From an uncultured archaeon (GTDB lineage Archaea; Thermoproteota; Bathyarchaeia; Bathyarchaeales; Bathycorpusculaceae), in contig CAWALK010000012.1 in NCBI GenBank assembly GCA_963782915.1, forward strand, positions 224,001 through 288,000: 64,000 bases of DNA, written 5' to 3'. The position numbers and the translations under genes are program-made. Positions 63,040 through 64,000 of this stretch are shown here, piece by piece; the first letter of the stretch is position 1; each line of letters starts with the position of its first letter. The notes below the pieces were generated by a model that saw nothing but the letters and a program-made list of their open reading frames with translations, ran no database searches and was not told where the DNA came from.

Positions 63040-63724
63040 TTAATTCACAACTTCCTCGGCTATATTGCCATCAACCATTCGCACAGTTCTTGAAGCCTCA
63101 TGGGCTAATTTTTCATCGTGCGTAACCATGATGATGCTGACTTTTTTTTCCACATTTAGCATATGGATTAAATCCATCACTTCCCGTGCCGTCTTGGAGT
63201 CAACGTTTCCAGTCGGCTCGTCTAAGCAAAAGGAATTTGGGATTGTTAGCTAATGCGCGTGCAACAGCTACACGTTGCTGTTGTCCACCACTCAATTCAG
63301 CAGGTTTATGCTTCATTCTATCCTTTAGACCTACAGTTTCAAGAAGCTCAACTGCGCGTTTGCGTCTTTTCCGTTTACTCATGTTAGCTATTGACATGGA
63401 TAATTCGACGTTGTCACGGGCGCTTAATCTTGGGATTAGGTTAAAGAATTGGAAAACAAAGCCTATTTTGAGTCTTAGTTCCGAAAGTTGGTTATCGTTA
63501 AGCATTGCGATGTCCATGCCATCTATCAGAAGCCTTCCCGATGTGGGTTTATCTAGTGCTCCGATAAGATTGAGCATTGTTGACTTGCCGCTTCCAGACG
63601 GTCCAAGTATTGATACGAATTCGCCGTCGCCAACATGAAGGTTTACTCCTCGTAGGGCTTCGACGGGCACTTTTCCAAGCATATAGGTTTTCTTCAAATC
63701 TATAGCTTCAACTATTGCTACCAT
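63040..63724 (-). CDS. MacB/LolD-type ABC ATP-binding protein, frameshifted 3' end
   Basis: GPSGSGKST, GFVFQ.FNL, LSGGQQQRVA.ARAL; DEPTGN and VTHD continue in other frames. Confidence 0.9.
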
Positions 63725-64000
63725 TTTTTTACCTCGTTCCTGGATATATTTGAATGCAATATATTGGGGCGGCTTAAAAGGCGGACTCATTCGGAGGGAG
63801 TACTAAGGTGAATTCGATCATGGAATAATGAATACCCAATTCATCAGATGAGAGAAAAAAGGAAAAGGAAATCAAGAAATGATTCAGAATTAAATTAGGT
63901 ATGAACTTTTAGTCGAGGAAATTTAAGTTGCCCAACATACTTCATTATCCAGTTTACAAGATCATCATATGCTTGGTGAACCCTCTTTAGTTAAACATAC

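Noticed and set aside
401-63638. Numerous antisense and alternative-frame ORFs overlapping recognised genes
   Set aside because: These are shadow ORFs of well-supported genes with no independent motifs.

Overview
This is an archaeal chromosomal window, most likely Bathyarchaeia. That call is an inference from aIF5B, S8e, SRP19, an archaeal-type GluRS, the Aeropyrum-type mevalonate enzymes, SMC-ScpAB, and expanded PQQ-propeller, kelch and NosD surface proteins. The housekeeping blocks are mvk, UbiD-AcnX, eno-rps2-MEMO, infB, dtxR-feoB, smc-scpA-scpB, rps8e and ipk-fni-idsA-gltX-srp19. They alternate with accessory surface-protein, signalling and transporter genes. Many genes, including essential ones, are split by single-base frameshifts, most likely assembly indel errors. 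The most notable items are: (1) a solitary two-gene module (Myb-like HTH/coiled-coil protein plus an intact terminase large subunit) with no portal, capsid or integrase, preceded by a G/T-skewed repeat-rich leader; (2) a family of ~90-250 bp intergenic dispersed repeats with five copies, a 5' GTTGTTG/CAACAAC hairpin in the three fullest copies and a 3' C-tract+CTATATATAG end; (3) a short ATCGGAAAACCGCTAA-like motif just after the stop codons of accessory genes, including the terminase; (4) an apparently split and inverted archaeal eno-rps2-isoprenoid-gltX gene cluster; (5) paired DtxR/MntR-type operators. No rRNA, tRNA or CRISPR array was recognised. All calls are by eye; no searches were run.
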